From assembly GCA_026388615.1 (NCBI GenBank), contig JAPLJL010000023.1, positions 1 through 24,993 of the forward strand: a stretch of DNA of 24,993 nucleotides, read 5' to 3'. The stretch comes from Pseudomonadota bacterium (GTDB lineage Bacteria; Desulfobacterota; JAPLJL01). Shown here one piece after another: positions 24,454-24,993 of this stretch. Within the stretch, counting starts at the first letter, position 1; each line of letters begins with the position of its first letter. A program made the position numbers and the translations under genes. The notes below the pieces were generated by a model, which saw only the letters and a program-made list of their open reading frames with translations, was not told the DNA's origin and made no database searches.

Positions 24454-24993
24454 ATGGAAAATAACGAAACTAAAAAACTCGGCGCCTTCACCCGCCTCCG
24501 GCACCTGCTGATCGGCGAGCCGAAAAAAATCGACGACCCTTCTCTTTATCAGAAAATCTCCCTGGTTGCCCTCCTGGCCTGGATCGGTCTGGGCGCCGAC
24601 GGGCTGTCTTCCGCTTCTTATGGCCCCGAGGAAGCGTTTAAAACCCTCGGCTCGCACACCTACTTGGCCGTCTTTCTAGCCTTGGCTACGGCCTTTACCG
24701 TATTCGTCATTTCGTACGCTTACAGCCGCATCATCGAATATTTCCCCTCGGGGGGAGGGGGATATATCGTCGCCGGCCGCACTTTGGGGGAAAAATTCGG
24801 GGTGATCTCAGGCGCCGCGCTTCTAGTCGATTACATGCTGACAATTACCGTGTCGATCGTCAGTTGCGGAGACGCCCTGTTCAGTTTCTTTCCGGCCTCC
24901 TGGAGTCCCTTTAATATCGAATTCGAAATTGCGGCGATTCTCTTTCTCGTCGTTCTCAATCTGCGGGGCATTCGCGAGTCGGTCACCTTTCTC
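24454..24993 (+). CDS. APC-family transporter, KimA/YdaO-like (5' part; runs off the window end; absent from the ORF track)
   Basis: Manual translation: MENNETKK...LLIGEPKK...GLGADGLSSASYGPEEAF...YFPSGGGGYIVA...LLVDYMLTITVSI...LNLRGIRES. Confidence 0.9.
   Translation, partial: MENNETKKLGAFTRLRHLLIGEPKKIDDPSLYQKISLVALLAWIGLGADGLSSASYGPEEAFKTLGSHTYLAVFLALATAFTVFVISYAYSRIIEYFPSGGGGYIVAGRTLGEKFGVISGAALLVDYMLTITVSIVSCGDALFSFFPASWSPFNIEFEIAAILFLVVLNLRGIRESVTFL

Overview
A 25-kb chromosomal window from a GC-rich, probably anaerobic bacterium; a Deltaproteobacteria/Desulfobacterota-like host is inferred from gene content only. It is dominated by genes for uptake and turnover of hydrophobic, lipid-like substrates: two phytoene-desaturase-family (COG1233) FAD oxidoreductases, three paralogous uncharacterised Cys-rich 4Fe-4S proteins (one with a Tat lipoprotein signal), two orphan TRAP/TPAT-type solute-binding proteins and two B12-binding radical SAM genes. 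There is also a beta-oxidation-like block: two LCAD-type acyl-CoA dehydrogenases about 80% identical, an MFE-2-type MaoC hydratase, an SCP-x-type thiolase, a catalytically dead HMG-CoA-synthase-fold/DUF35 fusion and a TetR regulator. DedA, a LiaF-like membrane protein, a small Cys-rich protein and a truncated KimA/YdaO-like APC transporter complete the set. Two adjacent genes (a radical SAM and an outer-membrane barrel) are frameshifted with apparent internal deletions. The most unusual item is a 120-bp direct repeat flanking the first oxidoreductase. Each copy encodes a 24-aa mini-ORF that mimics the enzyme's own C-terminal 20 residues, and the two copies differ only at synonymous sites. The intergenic DNA carries GTAG-type REP-like palindromes, a TCCCG-N7-8-CGGGA mini-hairpin nested in several different host repeats, and degenerate 7-bp tandem repeats. 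No tRNA, rRNA, CRISPR array or transposase was seen.
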